Below are positions 22,901 through 34,888 of a stretch of 64,000 nucleotides of DNA, one piece after another; position 1 is the stretch's first letter, and the number at the start of each line of letters is the position of its first letter. This stretch comes from Lytechinus pictus (Eukaryota): assembly GCF_037042905.1 (NCBI RefSeq), contig NC_087245.1, positions 22,198,001 to 22,262,000 on the forward strand. The letters are read 5' to 3'. The notes under the pieces are model-generated. The model searched no databases. It was not told the origin of the DNA and was given only the letters and a program-made list of their open reading frames with translations. A program made the translations under genes and the position numbers.

Positions 22901-25900
22901 AACAAGATAACTTTAGGAAGTAAAGGACTCACTAAAGTATGGTTATTTCTAACTACTCACTGCCATTGGTAAGGGACCTCGTCAGTAGTCTGTGCCACGT
23001 TCTTTCCCTTCAAAGTTCATGCTTTAATGTCCTTTTTTTTTCAACAGCATGATGGTATCAAAGGCCCATTCATTGCTAAGTTATATTAAGTGTTTACTTA
23101 TGCCAACATGCCCTTGTAAACAAAAGAATGTTAAGCATGAACTTCAAAGTGAAAAGAACAAACACAGAAAAAGCCCAGAAAAATGTGAAATAGACTCTTG
23201 ACAAGGTTCATAGTACACATTTAATACAGTATTTTTTTATGGGACCTCAATAATATGTACACTGCCAAATGTTAATTTGATAAAAGCAACACATGCTACG
23301 AAATAGTATTTTGCAGTTAATGCACCTCTTCCGCACAAGAGTACAGGGCAATCTTACAAATGGACCCTATTGCACAGAACATCCAAATGCGCAGCTTATT
23401 TGCAACTAAATTATGTAAATGATACACACAAGATGCAAATGAGATGCTTTACTTAGATGTTTAAGGGTGAATTTGGTCATGTTCAAAGGTGTCCTTTTCT
23501 TCATGAACAAAGACCATCAATGACAGCAAATGACTGCTAAAAGATCAAGTACATACATGGATTATGTGTTCTATTATTCAATGTATTTATTATTCAGGCA
23601 CAATTTGCAATGTTTGAAGACATAATGGTCTGAAATTGAGAACAATCCTAGATTTTTCTTAACTGTTGGCAGCTCTATGTTCCCAGCATATAATTGTATA
23701 TGATGTTCTCACCTCAATTTTACCAGATCCATCATCATACATGCCAGTTCGGGAAGCCATATTGGGGTTGGAGTCTATGTCAGAGGTCTTGATCTTGTGG
23801 AGAGAGCTGGCATCAAACTTTTCCTTCTTCACATGAGCTAAATAAGATGGTCACATTGATAAATGATAGGAAGAACAAAAAATGTATAATTTATAATTTC
23901 ATTTTAATGTGCACAAACCATTTTGTATTATCTACTAGAAATCTTAACTCTAAATGCCTGCTTTATACTTCTATTATGTTAAGTAATTCATGCTTGTTGT
24001 TTCTCTTTTTAAACCTAAGCAAAATATCCAATCAAATCTTCTTTAAGCCACATTTTATGCTACATCTTTAATCTTTCCTATACAATCAGGTGTCTTACCT
24101 ATGTTACCAATAGTGTAAGTCTATCCTAGACTCTTTGTATCTCCAGGATCCTTCCATCCTTTGAAGATAGCCTTGACACTGGTGACAGGTACAAGTAATC
24201 GTTAAAGGAATGTGGTTGCAGATTGCCCCTATCCTAAATAAGCTCTGCAATCACATCTTCTTTGGGCTACTATTCTTTACAATCGGGCGTCTTACCTATG
24301 TTACCAGTGGTGTGAGTCTTTCCTAGACCCTTTGTGTCTCCAGGATCCTTCCATCTTTTGAAGATAGCCTTGACACTGGTGACAGGTACAAGTAATCGTT
24401 AAAAGGATATGGTTGCAGTATGCTCCTATCCTAAATAAGCTCTGCAATCACATTCTCTTTGGGCTACTATTCTTTACAATCAGGCGTCTTACCTATGTTA
24501 CCAGTGGTGTGAGTCTTTCCCAGACCCTTAGTATCTCCAGGATCCTTCCATCCTTTGAAGATGGCCTTGAATGCTGTGGTCTCACTGTTTTCATTGATGA
24601 CTGTAACAGGTGTCTTCTCTGGGTACTGCTTGGCCTTGATGAAACCCTGAGTATCAAGTACATTTTCTTTCAAATGTCAGCAAAGTTCTTGAACCTCACG
24701 TACAAGTTGTCACTACACTCTTGGTATAATTCTGAGTTTTCAGTTCTTTGAACGTAGCCTGTAACGCCTACAAACTCATATCATTTTCAGTGGTAAAAGC
24801 CTATTTTTTTGTATTTTCAAAAATGTTCTGATTGAAAATATCTTATTACTTATTGTTCTGTTCAATTTGGTGTAACTCATGATCACTCTCACATACAGTA
24901 TGTGTCAAATTTTTTCAACAATATTTCTGCTCTATCAAAATCTTGAACCCTATTTTTTTTCCTACTGAAAACCAAGTTTTATCTTTAGACAGTTGGTTTT
25001 AGTTCAGGTATAATGTCCAAACCATTATTGGTAAATCACTATATAATATCTGTTTATTTCATTCATATAGGGCATTTCTCTAAATACCAATAATATTTTC
25101 CAGAGAGGCCTTATTCACACAAAATGATACAATGTAAGAAACATACAAAGTTATGAAAATTTCAGATATATAGAGCTCCCCGTTAATAATAATAATAATA
25201 ATTAACATCATTTATATAGCGCTTATCACAAAGAATGTCTCTAAGCGCTTAAGGAAAATAAATAGAAAGACAAGAAATTTCAGCTAATTATACATGTTGA
25301 CAGTTGAAAGTAGACAGTTGAAGCTGCATATGCTAAGGACGATCTATTTAACGAAAAGGTGAGTTTTTAACATAGATTTGAATTTGTCAGTTGAGTCTGA
25401 TTGTTTTATGCTCTGAGGTAGGTTGTTCCAAAGTTGAGGGGATGCTGAATAAAAAGATCGGGAACCATAAGACTGGGTGTTGATGGCAGGAACTTCTAAG
25501 AGTGATTTTTTGCATGAGCGCAAGTTGCGGGAGGGTGAGTATTCTGATATTAACTGTTGAAGATAGACTGGAGCTGATTTTATCAAACATTGGAAAGTAA
25601 GCAAGAGGATCTTAAAAGTATGTAACATCAGACAAAAATATACATCTGATAAGCTCCCAATACAGAAAATGAAACAGATTAAATAGCACTCAATATAAAG
25701 TTGACAACATCGATTACCTGAGCATTGCTGAAGGCACTCTTTCTTTCTTGTTTGGTGGAGCCCTTCCCCTTCCATACAAATATCCCACAATGCCCTTGGT
25801 CAACGATGAAGCAGTCCTGATCAAAGCAAAGATACAATGATGATAAGATTACAGTTTATTTGTAGGTTCTGAAAATACTCTGAATCTGTAGGTTCTGAAA

Positions 25901-28900
25901 ATTTGCATGAAATATGATAATAATTTAAATGACTTTTATAGCTTGTTTGCAAAACACAGAAACATGTTTAAGCAGATTTGAAAAAGAAAATAAAAAGCAA
26001 ATAAACTTTGTGATCATCATTATTTGTCTGTTTAAACCACTTTAAATTGTAACTCACAAATACTCAGTGAAGACAAGCAATCTCTGTGAATTGACAAGTA
26101 GAAAACATTTAATATATACATTTATAATGGAATGAGATACAATTACAAAGCAAAAATTGTTAATGCAAATTCATCTAAAGACAAGAAAAAGATTTTAGAC
26201 TCATTGAGATGACTGTAATCAGTAAATAGATGATTGACTAACCTTGCTATTGAGCATGTTCTGTTCAAGTGGAGCACTGCAGATTTCAGTCACAACCAGA
26301 GAACCACTCTCATCAGAAACCCTAGCAGCAAACAGATGTCACATCGTATTAAAATGGCAACAATCCTCTAAATGCACATTATATCAAATATAATATGATA
26401 CATAAGATTTTTACTGATACAGCAAACATGTATGGGTTCTAAAAAAACCTTGAATTTGTCTCCCTGAGACATGTTTTTTGTACATGTATATTTGTCAAAA
26501 TAAGTTCATTTACAATTAAATCAAAAAAGTTAACACAAAAGCAAGAAAAAGTAGCAATGTATGTTTGAAATTGGAGCTAATCACATTACTTCTGGGCAGT
26601 GATCAATTTTTTTTTTCCGAAAGAGAATACTTTTCTTTAAACTGTAAAATTTTGGAGATAATAATCGAGCCAAGTACTCTTTTCACAGCCTGGTTTTTAT
26701 CAGACATACTCATGGATTTTTAAATTAATCTATACATATAGTGGTGCTCAAAATTTAGTGAACACCACCAGAAAGTGGATATATCTATTGTGTTCAAGTT
26801 CTGCCATGTTTTAGATATTTAATTGTGAAGTCAGGTGAGAAAATATTACATTCAATAAATTTTGTTTCTCTGGGCCACTGAACATTGTAATGTTGTTTTC
26901 TGCATTCAACACTCAGCATGGAGAAGTGCATTTTGTGGTAGGGTTCACTGACTTTTGAGCACAACTGTAATTCTTCTAATTGAAGGTGAAACATGGTCAT
27001 CTCACTCTGATCTGCCCTGAATTTAAAACAGCATATTAAAGCTCTGGAATTGATTGTTGGTCATAACGATGAACACGATGTCCTTTAATAAACAGTAATC
27101 AGACCTTGGGAATAAGTCAATGAATCCTTCCTTAAACATTCATTCGAATTCTAATCATCTCTTTATCACCTTTGCACAAGAGTGGGGGAGTCTGGGAATT
27201 TCAACAGGCTAGCATCTTAAAAGTGAGCATTCTTCTCTATATTATAGAGATAAGATAATCCAATGACGAAGAGTTATACATCATTTTAAAGCTAAAAATA
27301 TCTTCTTTTTCAGAATCATTTTAAAAATAATGTTATTTCTATGGTAATAACTTCAAGGATGACAATTAAAGCTACTCACTTGTAGAGCCTGGTCTGCGAA
27401 GCTTGCTTCCGAGAGAACCTCTCATCATCATCCTTGGCGGCCTGAGGCTTTACTCCACCACGGGGGCCGAGGGCGTTCTTCGCTTCACAGATCTTCAGTG
27501 TCTCAGCATCAAATTTATCATTGTCCACAAAGAGAACCTTGGCCTTGCCCCCCTTCTCATCATCTCGTATACCTTTGGCAGTTTGTGTTCCCTATAGTGT
27601 AAGCAAATTGGAAATATTAAAAATTACAAATGCATTACATAAAAAAGAGGTCTGGGCCACATTGCATAAGTTACTATTATGGTAACTACCATAGTAACGA
27701 TGATCAACAGCCAATCAGAATCAAGGATTCCATGCATGTTACCTTTGGCAAGGCATTCATCTACATATGCCACTTTCCATCCAGTGTAGTAAATGGGTTG
27801 CCACAGGAAAAAAAAACCTCAATCGCTTTAACACCTAGGTAGCCGAGCATAAGCCGAGGTAGTAATAGCATTATCATGCTATCTGTCCCGCTGGGAGAAC
27901 AATTTTCGGAACTGAAGTGAATATCCAGGGTATATATGACTTTATTATTATCATGGGGAGCAATACTGACCTTCATGCGTTCTGTTCTGCTGGACTGTGG
28001 ACCATTCCAAACGATGATATGATTTCCAAGGTCAAAGATGAAAACATCTCCACTGTTAAGACTCTCCCACGTACAAGGCACCTACAAGAAACAAACAATA
28101 TTTAAATTCCAAGATTATTCAACCTTCACATAATCCATAAACAGTAAATGAAATCATGTACGGCTGAGAGAGGGTATGGTTGGAAACAACAGTAAAGTAC
28201 ACAAAATAAAATGAATGCAATTGTTATCAGATTTTGATTAAATTTTCAGCACGTTGCTCAAGGAATTTTCAGCCAAGAGAAATCCTTTAAGTTGTTACCC
28301 AGGGTAAGTAAGTCTTCAGTTATTAATCTCCATTTAAAATGAAAGGGAAAAAACAGATAAACAGGGGATGCAGGAAGAGAATACCTACCTGATTGACCCT
28401 GATGTTGCGTTTTCCTTTGACGATGTACATCTTCTTGATGAACTTGTCCTTGTCCACTTTCGTGAAGCCCGACTTAACTCCACCCTCCAGATACCTGACA
28501 ACAAACAGATCGGAAATTTTTATATAAAAAGGTAATTTTTAGGAAATTATGTTAATACTTCATGCTTGAATCTGAAATGAATTTTTGAAATGTTAAACTG
28601 CTTGTAATGAAATATTGATTACATATATCTAATTTAATTCTTTTTGACAGCAAAACAGTATAGCTTTTAAGATTTAACATGCTAATACTTCATGCTATTA
28701 TTATTGGAAAGAAATTTTTAAACTGTAATGAAATGCTAATATTAAACACACACATATTTTAAACCTCTTTGGAGGCAGTACAGTAACTTTTTGGAATTAA
28801 TGTTAACACTTCTGACTTTATGGCTTTAGTCTTTATGTAAACGGGTATTTACTTTCACTGTATATAATTCTTATAAATGTATTACTATTAATGGTTTTAT

Positions 28901-31900
28901 ATGTTTAATATGGCATATTTAATGTTTATTGACTTGAAGATGTTAAAAAAACAAATTTCAAATATGGAAAAATAAAGACGAACTTGAACTTCTAGATAGT
29001 ATCATACTGTTTCTTTGAACAACTTTTGAAACATCCTTTATAAAACTGTACAGAAATTTGACCCTATTAATAGGGTCTTCACCCAAATGTGTTATATGGA
29101 GTCCCTATTTACCAAACACCATCTGGGGATCCAAATTTGACCCCTCCCCTGCCATGCATGGAATTCATAATTGCAGCGTAACTGGCAAACAAGTTACTTT
29201 TTTTTTTCTTTCTTCCAGTGCCGGCCGCACAGAAATGTTGTTAGCCTAACAGAGCGCTAACAGTAAGCCCAGTCACATCTCTCTGATTGTGAAGTCAAAA
29301 CATTTATTTCAATGTGTAAGTAATGGATTGTTTTAAATTAGACATCGGTGCCACAGTAGCGGTTGTAACAGGACCTCTATAGCGCATTGTTAGCGCTAAT
29401 AACGTTTATGTGCAGTCAGTACAGGTCACTCTTATTCTAAGTTCATGAAAATCTGACATGGTGTTCATGAGTTACATCATGTATTATAATCACACTTAAG
29501 CTAAAAAAAAATATTTTTTTGTAAAAATGATGTACATATTGCTGAAAAAAATATTGCTAATTTCAGATCCTAAGATATTTTTCAAAGGAGAAGTTCATCC
29601 TGACCCGTTTGATATATACATGTATCTGTCAAAGAATAACATACATGTAGTTATGAATGCTTAAAATTTTGATTTTTGATGTCACAGATGAGCAGCTCAT
29701 CCATATGTTTTTTCTTAAAATTTATTTCTAAAAAAATTTGAAAGTATCATGTTCTATATTAAAAAAAAAAAGAACTTGGAATATATGTTACATGATGATG
29801 ATATATATGAGAGCTGCTTGCATGCATGACGTCACAAATAAAAAGAAACTCTAAAAATTTATAACCGTCTTATTCTTTGATGGATTTTCATCATATTTTT
29901 ACCAATATTTCTTTCTCTAATTTTTCTGCTTTTATTAAACCAACAAGGTGAACATCCCCTTTGATCATATTATACACTCTGAGACACTATAGCCATGGCT
30001 AGTGGACCAATTGATTAATATTGTGGTTCATTTACTTGATTCCCTTGGGAAAATATGACATGAAATCTGATGATTCCGTTTCTTCTACTTCTCTGTGCTG
30101 TACAGGGCCACCGCCCAAATAGTCGTCTAACTCCACCGTCTTGTAGGCTGCAACTCCAGCCTCATCCTAGCAAGGAGAACAGGTTCAAAACATGCTTAGG
30201 ATTAGAATCGCTACAAGAATTGAGTATCACTACACAATGGTCAAGTTCACCCAAACAGGTTGAGTTGAACAAATATAGGAAAATCAAACAAGTGTAATGT
30301 TGAACATTTGATTAAAATCGGGCATGTGAAATAAAGAGGTTGTTGCATTCCAAAGTTTCATTCAATATCGCAAAACAGTTAATGTATTATAAGCACAACA
30401 CAATAGCAGCAGGCCTGCCAACATAAGAAAATGAAAAAAAGGAGTCCTAATTGCATGGCACAATTTTTTATTTTGAAACGCTGTATTACTCTTACACCCA
30501 TACAAACAACCCATACCCCACCACACATATACATAATTATGGGCAAACTTTAAAAAAAATCTTTATACATGGAGAAATGGAGTGCTCTTTTTGGTTGATA
30601 AAAAAATTTTAATAACGGGGTAACTCTTGGAAAAAAGGAGTACAGTGTAGTTGGCAGGCCTGCAATAGGGAGAAAATCATTGGAATCTCTCAAAACATAC
30701 AAAAGAAACGGTGAGAGTATAGTGCTTGTCAATGGTTCCATCAATTGCATACGCTTGTACAACCTGTTCTGTGCATAATATAAAACACAAAATATGAGGG
30801 AGCATCTCGCAAGTGATGAACGGCGAGACAAAAATTATAAAGTATTCATAATTCTATTAATCGAGTTTTATGTTCTTTCAAATAACTATCAAATACATGT
30901 TTGTCTCATACAAGCGAAATGGGATCAGGGTGGATTTTCCTCTTTAATTCATCATTACACTGACATTCATGTTCGTTCATGTTATACTCTCTATAACATG
31001 ACCTTTGATCAATTAGTTTGATATTTACATACACTGCATACACTACATACACCTTACAATCTAATCACGTTGACTTCCAAGTACAATTAAACTCTGATAA
31101 AACTCAGTAGCAATTATTGACAAGGACTCCAAATCCACTTCTGCACAATTTGATTATTGATGTTTTCAATATTAAGATAAGAACTGCCAAATTTGTTTCA
31201 GGGAATGATTGGAAGTATGTACAAATTTGCAGACACTTAACTGTCATTACACTGCAAGGACATCATGTCAAATTGTACAAATTCATGTCAACACAATAGA
31301 GATTAGAATATATCCCATTTTTTTTATTTTACACAATGTTATTTTATGAATACGTACATGTGCAAATCTGCCTATAGATCTTAGTATATACAGACATTAC
31401 ACTATCACTACACTGCAAGGACATTATATCAAATTCTCTGGATTCATGTTGACAATAGATTTAAAAATATCCCATTTCGTTTTTTACACAATGTTTTTTA
31501 TGTACTGAATGAATACAAATTCTAAAATAAATGGATAACATCATTTAAAAAAATAATAAAATTGAAGAAATAAATCAAATAAAAAATTTTGCAATAACAT
31601 ATATGTACATAAAAATGAATAAGACAAAATGATAAACTGATGAAAAACTAGAAACAAACGTTTCATTGGTGATAGCTATAAAATAGAGACAGACAGCCAG
31701 ACAGACAGAATCAAGTCAACAATGAAAAAAATGTCATTCATTTGATAAAGATGGCATACAACTGTTAAAAATGTGTGCACTTGATTCAATATTGCTGGAA
31801 GAACATGAAACGTTATACTTTGGTTCTCTCTATATACATATTTTCTCAAGAACTTGGGAAGGTTATTACCTGTGATGTTGCAGATCCCAGCCAGAAATGA

Positions 31901-34888
31901 ATGTTCCAACTGAAGCCATTTCCTTTCTTGGAAGTCTAATTGGTACATAAGAAAAAAGAAGAGAGACAACAGAAATTACCATAGTTTGAAATACTCCCAA
32001 ACCTTCAATCCCTTTGAAGGAACTATTAATCTAATGGATCTAATGGATATCTAAGAATGACAATAGATGATTTTTTTTATATAAAAAAGCTTCATATTAC
32101 AATACATTTTGAAATATAAGGTAAATTCGGTATTGACATGCTATACCAGTATACCTTTGAGCTTTGGCTATTGTACCAACCTATTGCACCCATTTTTACT
32201 GTAATTTGACCAATTTCAGACAAACATTACTTCATTCATGTAGCCATACAGTCTAATTTCAAGATTTCAAAGATCTATTCCTACCTTTAAACCCAGGCCA
32301 ATTGCTTCAATGTCATAATATAATATGCAGTTTACTAGACCAAGGTTCAAGGGGTACATTAATACAATAACGGATAGATGCTCAGCTGGAAGGGTGGAAA
32401 AATCTTGAAAACACCTGCTTAAACTTCATTCCTTTCTTTTAATTATGTGTACTAGAAAGGTAACAATTGAAATATATCACATAATATTTTTCCAGAATTC
32501 TGTGTAAGAGGGTAATGAGTACACTGTAGGTATCATAATTTTCAGGGGCTATTCTTTAATTTTCACATTGGAGTGATCGCAGAGCTAAGGGGGCTATTTC
32601 TTTTATTTCACAGGCTACTTCTTTGTGCAACAAGTAGTAAATTCAACAGTAAAGGAAAATTGATTTATAAACTATATTCTCCAGTACTGTTTGTGGCAGA
32701 TCTTGGGTGAGTCTTTTTGGCAGGATTTTTAGGAGCAATTTGGACTGTTATGAGGGCTATATAGCCCACCTCATGTAGTTCCTGGGGTGTTGTGTAAACA
32801 GATATCTCCTACATGCATGATCGATAATTCAGGCCATTTTTTTATGAATAAGACATGGAAATATTTGGTTCCAATGCAACCATGAAACTCAGGTATGTTT
32901 AATCATCATGCTCCATAGCATCTCTTTCAAAAGGTACTTTCATATCCATCAAATCACTAAACCACCTGTAAACTACAAGAACGTGTTCTAGATACACAAT
33001 AATTTTGAGTAAAATGCCTTCACATCGCAAAAAATTCCTATGACCTTGGAGGCATACATGTTTAAGTTCTGGTAATTTTTAAAGGACAAGTCCACCCAAG
33101 CAAAAAGTTGATTTGAATAAAAACGAAAAAATCCAAGAAGCATAACGCTGAAAATTTCATCAAAATTTGAAATAAAATAAGAAAGTTATGACATTTTAAA
33201 GTTTCGCTTACTTTCTGTAAAAAAATCTGTAAAAATTGAAATGTTGTATAATTCAAACAATAAAAAAACAAAAGAAATAGTAAGTGGGGGACATCGTCGA
33301 CTCTCTCGTTTACATGTCATTAAGATGTGCATATATGTACTGTTTTATGAAAAATAAGCCAAACTTTAAAATGTCATAACTTTCTTATTTTACATCCGAT
33401 TTTGATAACATTTTCATCTTTTATATGCGTCTTGGATTTTTGCTCTATTGATTTAAATAAAAAAATTTCCGGGGTGGACTTGACCTGTGAAGTCCTTTCA
33501 TTAACTAGCGGGAAACACCTTTGACAGGGATGTCTGTTTTGTTTTCACACTGGCAAAATGCCTGGTATTTTTTTCTGACCAGGGTAGAATCCTTGATCTG
33601 GAAATATCAGGTATTTTACATGGTTGGACAGGTATGAAAGCACAGGTGTACAAAGCTCCATGGCTTAATAACAGCACAGCCAAAAACTGAAGAGGGACTG
33701 TCACAAATACAAACTGTCTACCTTTGGCCTAAATCTGATTGCATATTTCCCACAGGAAACTGAGGGGGTGTGTTAAGCATTGTAATCTACATCCTGGAAT
33801 TTTGATACAAGGTTTGTTTACAAACTAAATGGGGTAGTGCTGCATTTCATTTCATAGTCATATATCGTGTTTACACTTAATCGGCATTTGAATCGGCTCG
33901 CGGTTCTGAACCGCGAGCCGATGCAGCATTGGCTTTTTCATAGCGTGTAAACGCGAGTAACTTGCATCGGCTCGCGGTTCAGAACCGGCAATTTGCACCA
34001 TCAAAGTAGTAGGTTCTGAACCGCGAGCCGATGCAGAATCGGCTTTTTTACTACGTGTAAACAGAAAGCCGATTCTGCACCGGCAATTTGTGCGCATTTC
34101 ATTTACTTTACTATTGTGACGTAATTGTAAGCGCACTGATCCAGCATTGTCTTTATTATGACGTATATTGTTGGTGTGCGTATCATTTCAGGTTTTTGCA
34201 TCGGCTCGCGGTTCTGAACCGCGAGCTGTATCAACGTGTAAACGCAAACCAAAAGCCGATTCTGCATCGGCTTTTGGTTCTGAACCAAATGCCGATTAAG
34301 TGTAAACACGGTATTAATGAACATGGTCGTCACTGGGTACCAAATTAACCGGAACCCTCATAGAACTTTGAAGTTTGATATTAAACTGATTTATGAATTA
34401 TCATCAAACATTAATATGCTTTAGCTTTCCTTTTTTTCCCTTTTCATTCATACATGTACATACGTGTATGTAACTTCTAATTGTAAAGCCTGATCCACGT
34501 CCTGTAATAAACATGAAACTATTTTCAAGGTCCTGAAAACATAGATTAGCAATTAATCATATGCTTGATTTTCACAATTAACTGCAAACTGAAGTCAATG
34601 CAATCGATCGTAAGCAATGATTGCTAAAAATTTTGTTAAGGGACCAAATTTTTATGATTGAAACTCTTTAATAAATGGCTTGCCTTTGCCTTACAATTGT
34701 AATGTGAGCTGCATCTAATCAATTAAAAAGGAATTCGGACAAACCTTGAGACAGATGTAAGAGTCGCCCTTGTGGAATTGCCCGTAAGTTTCAGGCGGAA
34801 TGGCAACGACCTTGAGCTGCTCGATCCGCCAGATCTTGAGCCCTTCCTTCTTGCCCACCCCAGAGAAAGCTGCATCAACATTGGGCAT
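439..34888 (-). CDS. Villin/advillin-like actin-binding protein (6 gelsolin repeats + headpiece), multi-exon, 3' end beyond the window
   Basis: Hand-spliced exons give a continuous phase-consistent 794-aa ORF starting [24 protein letters not shown], with gelsolin-family motifs ([73 protein letters not shown]). It ends in the headpiece-like [13 protein letters not shown]. The exact orthologue (VIL1/AVIL) cannot be assigned. Confidence 0.96.
572..775. repeat. (GA)n-rich purine tract
   Basis: Seen directly; it reads as a long pyrimidine tract upstream of the headpiece exon acceptor on the minus strand. Confidence 0.9.
2290..2715. repeat. Degenerate ~213-bp tandem duplication
   Basis: GTATAAACTTGTCACAGCAAT at ~2338 and ~2552; ACAAAAGAATATGTC at ~2411 and ~2619. 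Confidence 0.7.
3737..3889. mobile_element. Harbinger-like short MITE; inverted relative at 17359-17517
   Basis: CAG TSD; shares GTTGTCAGATCTGAC, GATTTTGATTGGCTGAG and TTTCATGAAACGCT with 17359-17517. Confidence 0.75.
5814..5882 (-). CDS. Villin-like linker exon [23 protein letters not shown]
   Basis: AG/GTAAG flanks, 69 nt, phase 0. Confidence 0.88.
6558..6683 (-). CDS. Villin-like exon [11 protein letters not shown]...[23 protein letters not shown]
   Basis: AG/GTCAGT flanks, 126 nt, end of G6. Confidence 0.95.
7303..7368 (-). CDS. Villin-like exon [22 protein letters not shown]
   Basis: AG/GTAAG flanks, 66 nt. Confidence 0.95.
7408..7943. repeat. Compound trinucleotide microsatellite (CTA/CTG/CCA)n, ~535 bp
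   Basis: Seen directly; it causes the poly-L/Y/V ORFs. Confidence 0.97.
8060..8197 (-). CDS. Villin-like exon [20 protein letters not shown]...[11 protein letters not shown]
   Basis: AG/GTAAGT flanks, 138 nt, G6 start. Confidence 0.96.
9831..9985. mobile_element. Short MITE with 5-bp direct flank
   Basis: TIR CAGGGCCGCGGAAA/TTTCCGCGGCCCCTG flanked by CATTT on both sides. Confidence 0.7.
12181..12487. mobile_element. Harbinger-like MITE; inverted relative at 55741-56049
   Basis: TIR GGCCCGT(ATT)CTGAAGTC.GGTTTAACT, with a shared interior in opposite orientation. Confidence 0.75.
12551..12644 (-). CDS. Villin-like exon [31 protein letters not shown]
   Basis: AG/GTAAG flanks, 94 nt, phase 2 to 0. 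Confidence 0.95.
13045..13106 (-). CDS. Villin-like exon [20 protein letters not shown]
   Basis: AG/GTAAG flanks, 62 nt, ends phase 2. Confidence 0.93.
13407..13490 (-). CDS. Villin-like exon [28 protein letters not shown] (GC donor)
   Basis: Acceptor ttctaccag; donor AAG/GCAAGT is needed for a phase-0 join to the next exon. Confidence 0.92.
13642..13853. mobile_element. MITE with 7-bp TSD
   Basis: Termini CAAGGCTC.../...GAGCCCTG, TSD CTCTATG on both sides, internal GCCCGACTGGGC. Confidence 0.8.
13938..14051. repeat. (CT)n-rich tract
   Basis: Seen directly. Confidence 0.85.
14068..14178 (-). CDS. Villin-like exon [37 protein letters not shown]
   Basis: AG/GTAAG flanks, 111 nt. Confidence 0.95.
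15485..15732. mobile_element. hAT-like MITE (CATGG...CCATG)
   Basis: Terminal CATGG/CCATG; near-perfect 8-bp TSD ATTTCATC/ATTTCATT; G/C-run subterminal motif. Confidence 0.65.
16112..16667. mobile_element. hAT-type MITE
   Basis: TIR CAGTGTTGTG...CACAACACTG, perfect 8-bp TSD ATGATCAT on both sides, subterminal GAGGCC/AAGGAC repeats. Confidence 0.9.
18661..18702 (-). CDS. Optional 42-nt exon [14 protein letters not shown] (cassette, or terminal exon extending to VLKIN* at 18643)
   Basis: Good acceptor ttttgcttcacag; GC-rich island in an AT-rich intron; resembles the gelsolin GGxxSGFKHV linker; weak donor GAA/GTACTG. Confidence 0.75.
20474..20545 (-). CDS. Villin-like exon [24 protein letters not shown]
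   Basis: AG/GTGAGT flanks, 72 nt. Confidence 0.95.
21266..21352 (-). CDS. Villin-like exon [29 protein letters not shown]
   Basis: AG/GTAAGT flanks, 87 nt. Confidence 0.95.
21393..21507. repeat. (GAT)n microsatellite
   Basis: Seen directly; it causes the poly-D/M ORFs. Confidence 0.95.
21998..22135 (-). CDS. Villin-like exon VYRIENFEP...GGDSYIV...YYWL
   Basis: AG/GTAAG flanks, 138 nt, G4 start. Confidence 0.95.
22225..22601. mobile_element. Harbinger-like MITE containing a LINE/SINE 3'-tail fragment
   Basis: TIR GGCCC..GTCTTACAAAGAGTTAC, 3-bp TSD CAG; (TAA)n-tailed fragment at ~22332-22425. Confidence 0.75.
22664..22808. mobile_element. Harbinger-like short MITE
   Basis: TIR GGCCCGTTGCAGAAAGAG/CTCTTTCTGCAACGGGCC. 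Confidence 0.75.
23713..23837 (-). CDS. Villin-like exon [13 protein letters not shown]...[10 protein letters not shown]
   Basis: AG/GTGAG flanks, 125 nt, phase 1 to 0; FDA..LH and DDGSG motifs. Confidence 0.95.
24083..24570 (-). repeat. 197-bp tandem repeat containing the 3' part of the 24493-24646 exon and its donor (original + 2 copies)
   Basis: Exon-end positions at 24493, 24296 and 24099 are spaced exactly 197 bp; CCAGGATCCTTCCATC is repeated three times. Confidence 0.93.
24493..24646 (-). CDS. Villin-like exon [14 protein letters not shown]...THTTGNI
   Basis: AG/GTAAG flanks, 154 nt, ends phase 1. Confidence 0.93.
25184..25617 (-). mobile_element. 5'-truncated L2/CR1-group LINE 3' end
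   Basis: Translation FKILLLTF...[21 protein letters not shown]...[17 protein letters not shown]...[10 protein letters not shown] resembles L2-clade ORF2 C-termini; followed by a short UTR and an (ATT)n tail. Confidence 0.85.
25718..25816 (-). CDS. Villin-like exon [33 protein letters not shown]
   Basis: AG/GT flanks, 99 nt, G3 motifs. Confidence 0.95.
26243..26321 (-). CDS. Villin-like exon [26 protein letters not shown]
   Basis: AG/GT flanks, 79 nt, phase 2 to 0. Confidence 0.93.
27380..27591 (-). CDS. Villin-like exon [17 protein letters not shown]...QTRLY
   Basis: AG/GT flanks, 212 nt, ends phase 2. Confidence 0.93.
27971..28081 (-). CDS. Villin-like exon [19 protein letters not shown]...RTERMK
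   Basis: AG/GT flanks, 111 nt; matches the start of ORF 27761..28081. Confidence 0.95.
28389..28494 (-). CDS. Villin-like exon [13 protein letters not shown]...[10 protein letters not shown]
   Basis: AG/GT flanks, 106 nt, phase 2 to 0. Confidence 0.95.
30036..30166 (-). CDS. Villin-like exon [27 protein letters not shown]...FPKGI
   Basis: AG/GT flanks, 131 nt, ends phase 2. Confidence 0.95.
31870..31935 (-). CDS. Villin-like exon [22 protein letters not shown]
   Basis: AG/GT flanks, 66 nt, G1 HFWLG motif. Confidence 0.93.
33866..34310. mobile_element. CpG-rich palindromic MITE
   Basis: TIR CGTGTTTACACTTAATCGGCATTTG; repeated internal palindrome ATCGGCTCGCGGTTCTGAACCGCGAGCCGAT. Confidence 0.85.

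Noticed and set aside
25344..25790. 148-aa ORF as an independent gene
   Set aside because: Chance fusion of an off-frame villin exon, intron sequence and a truncated LINE ORF2 C-terminus
33858..34348. Overlapping ORFs on both strands
   Set aside because: By-product of a GC-rich palindromic MITE
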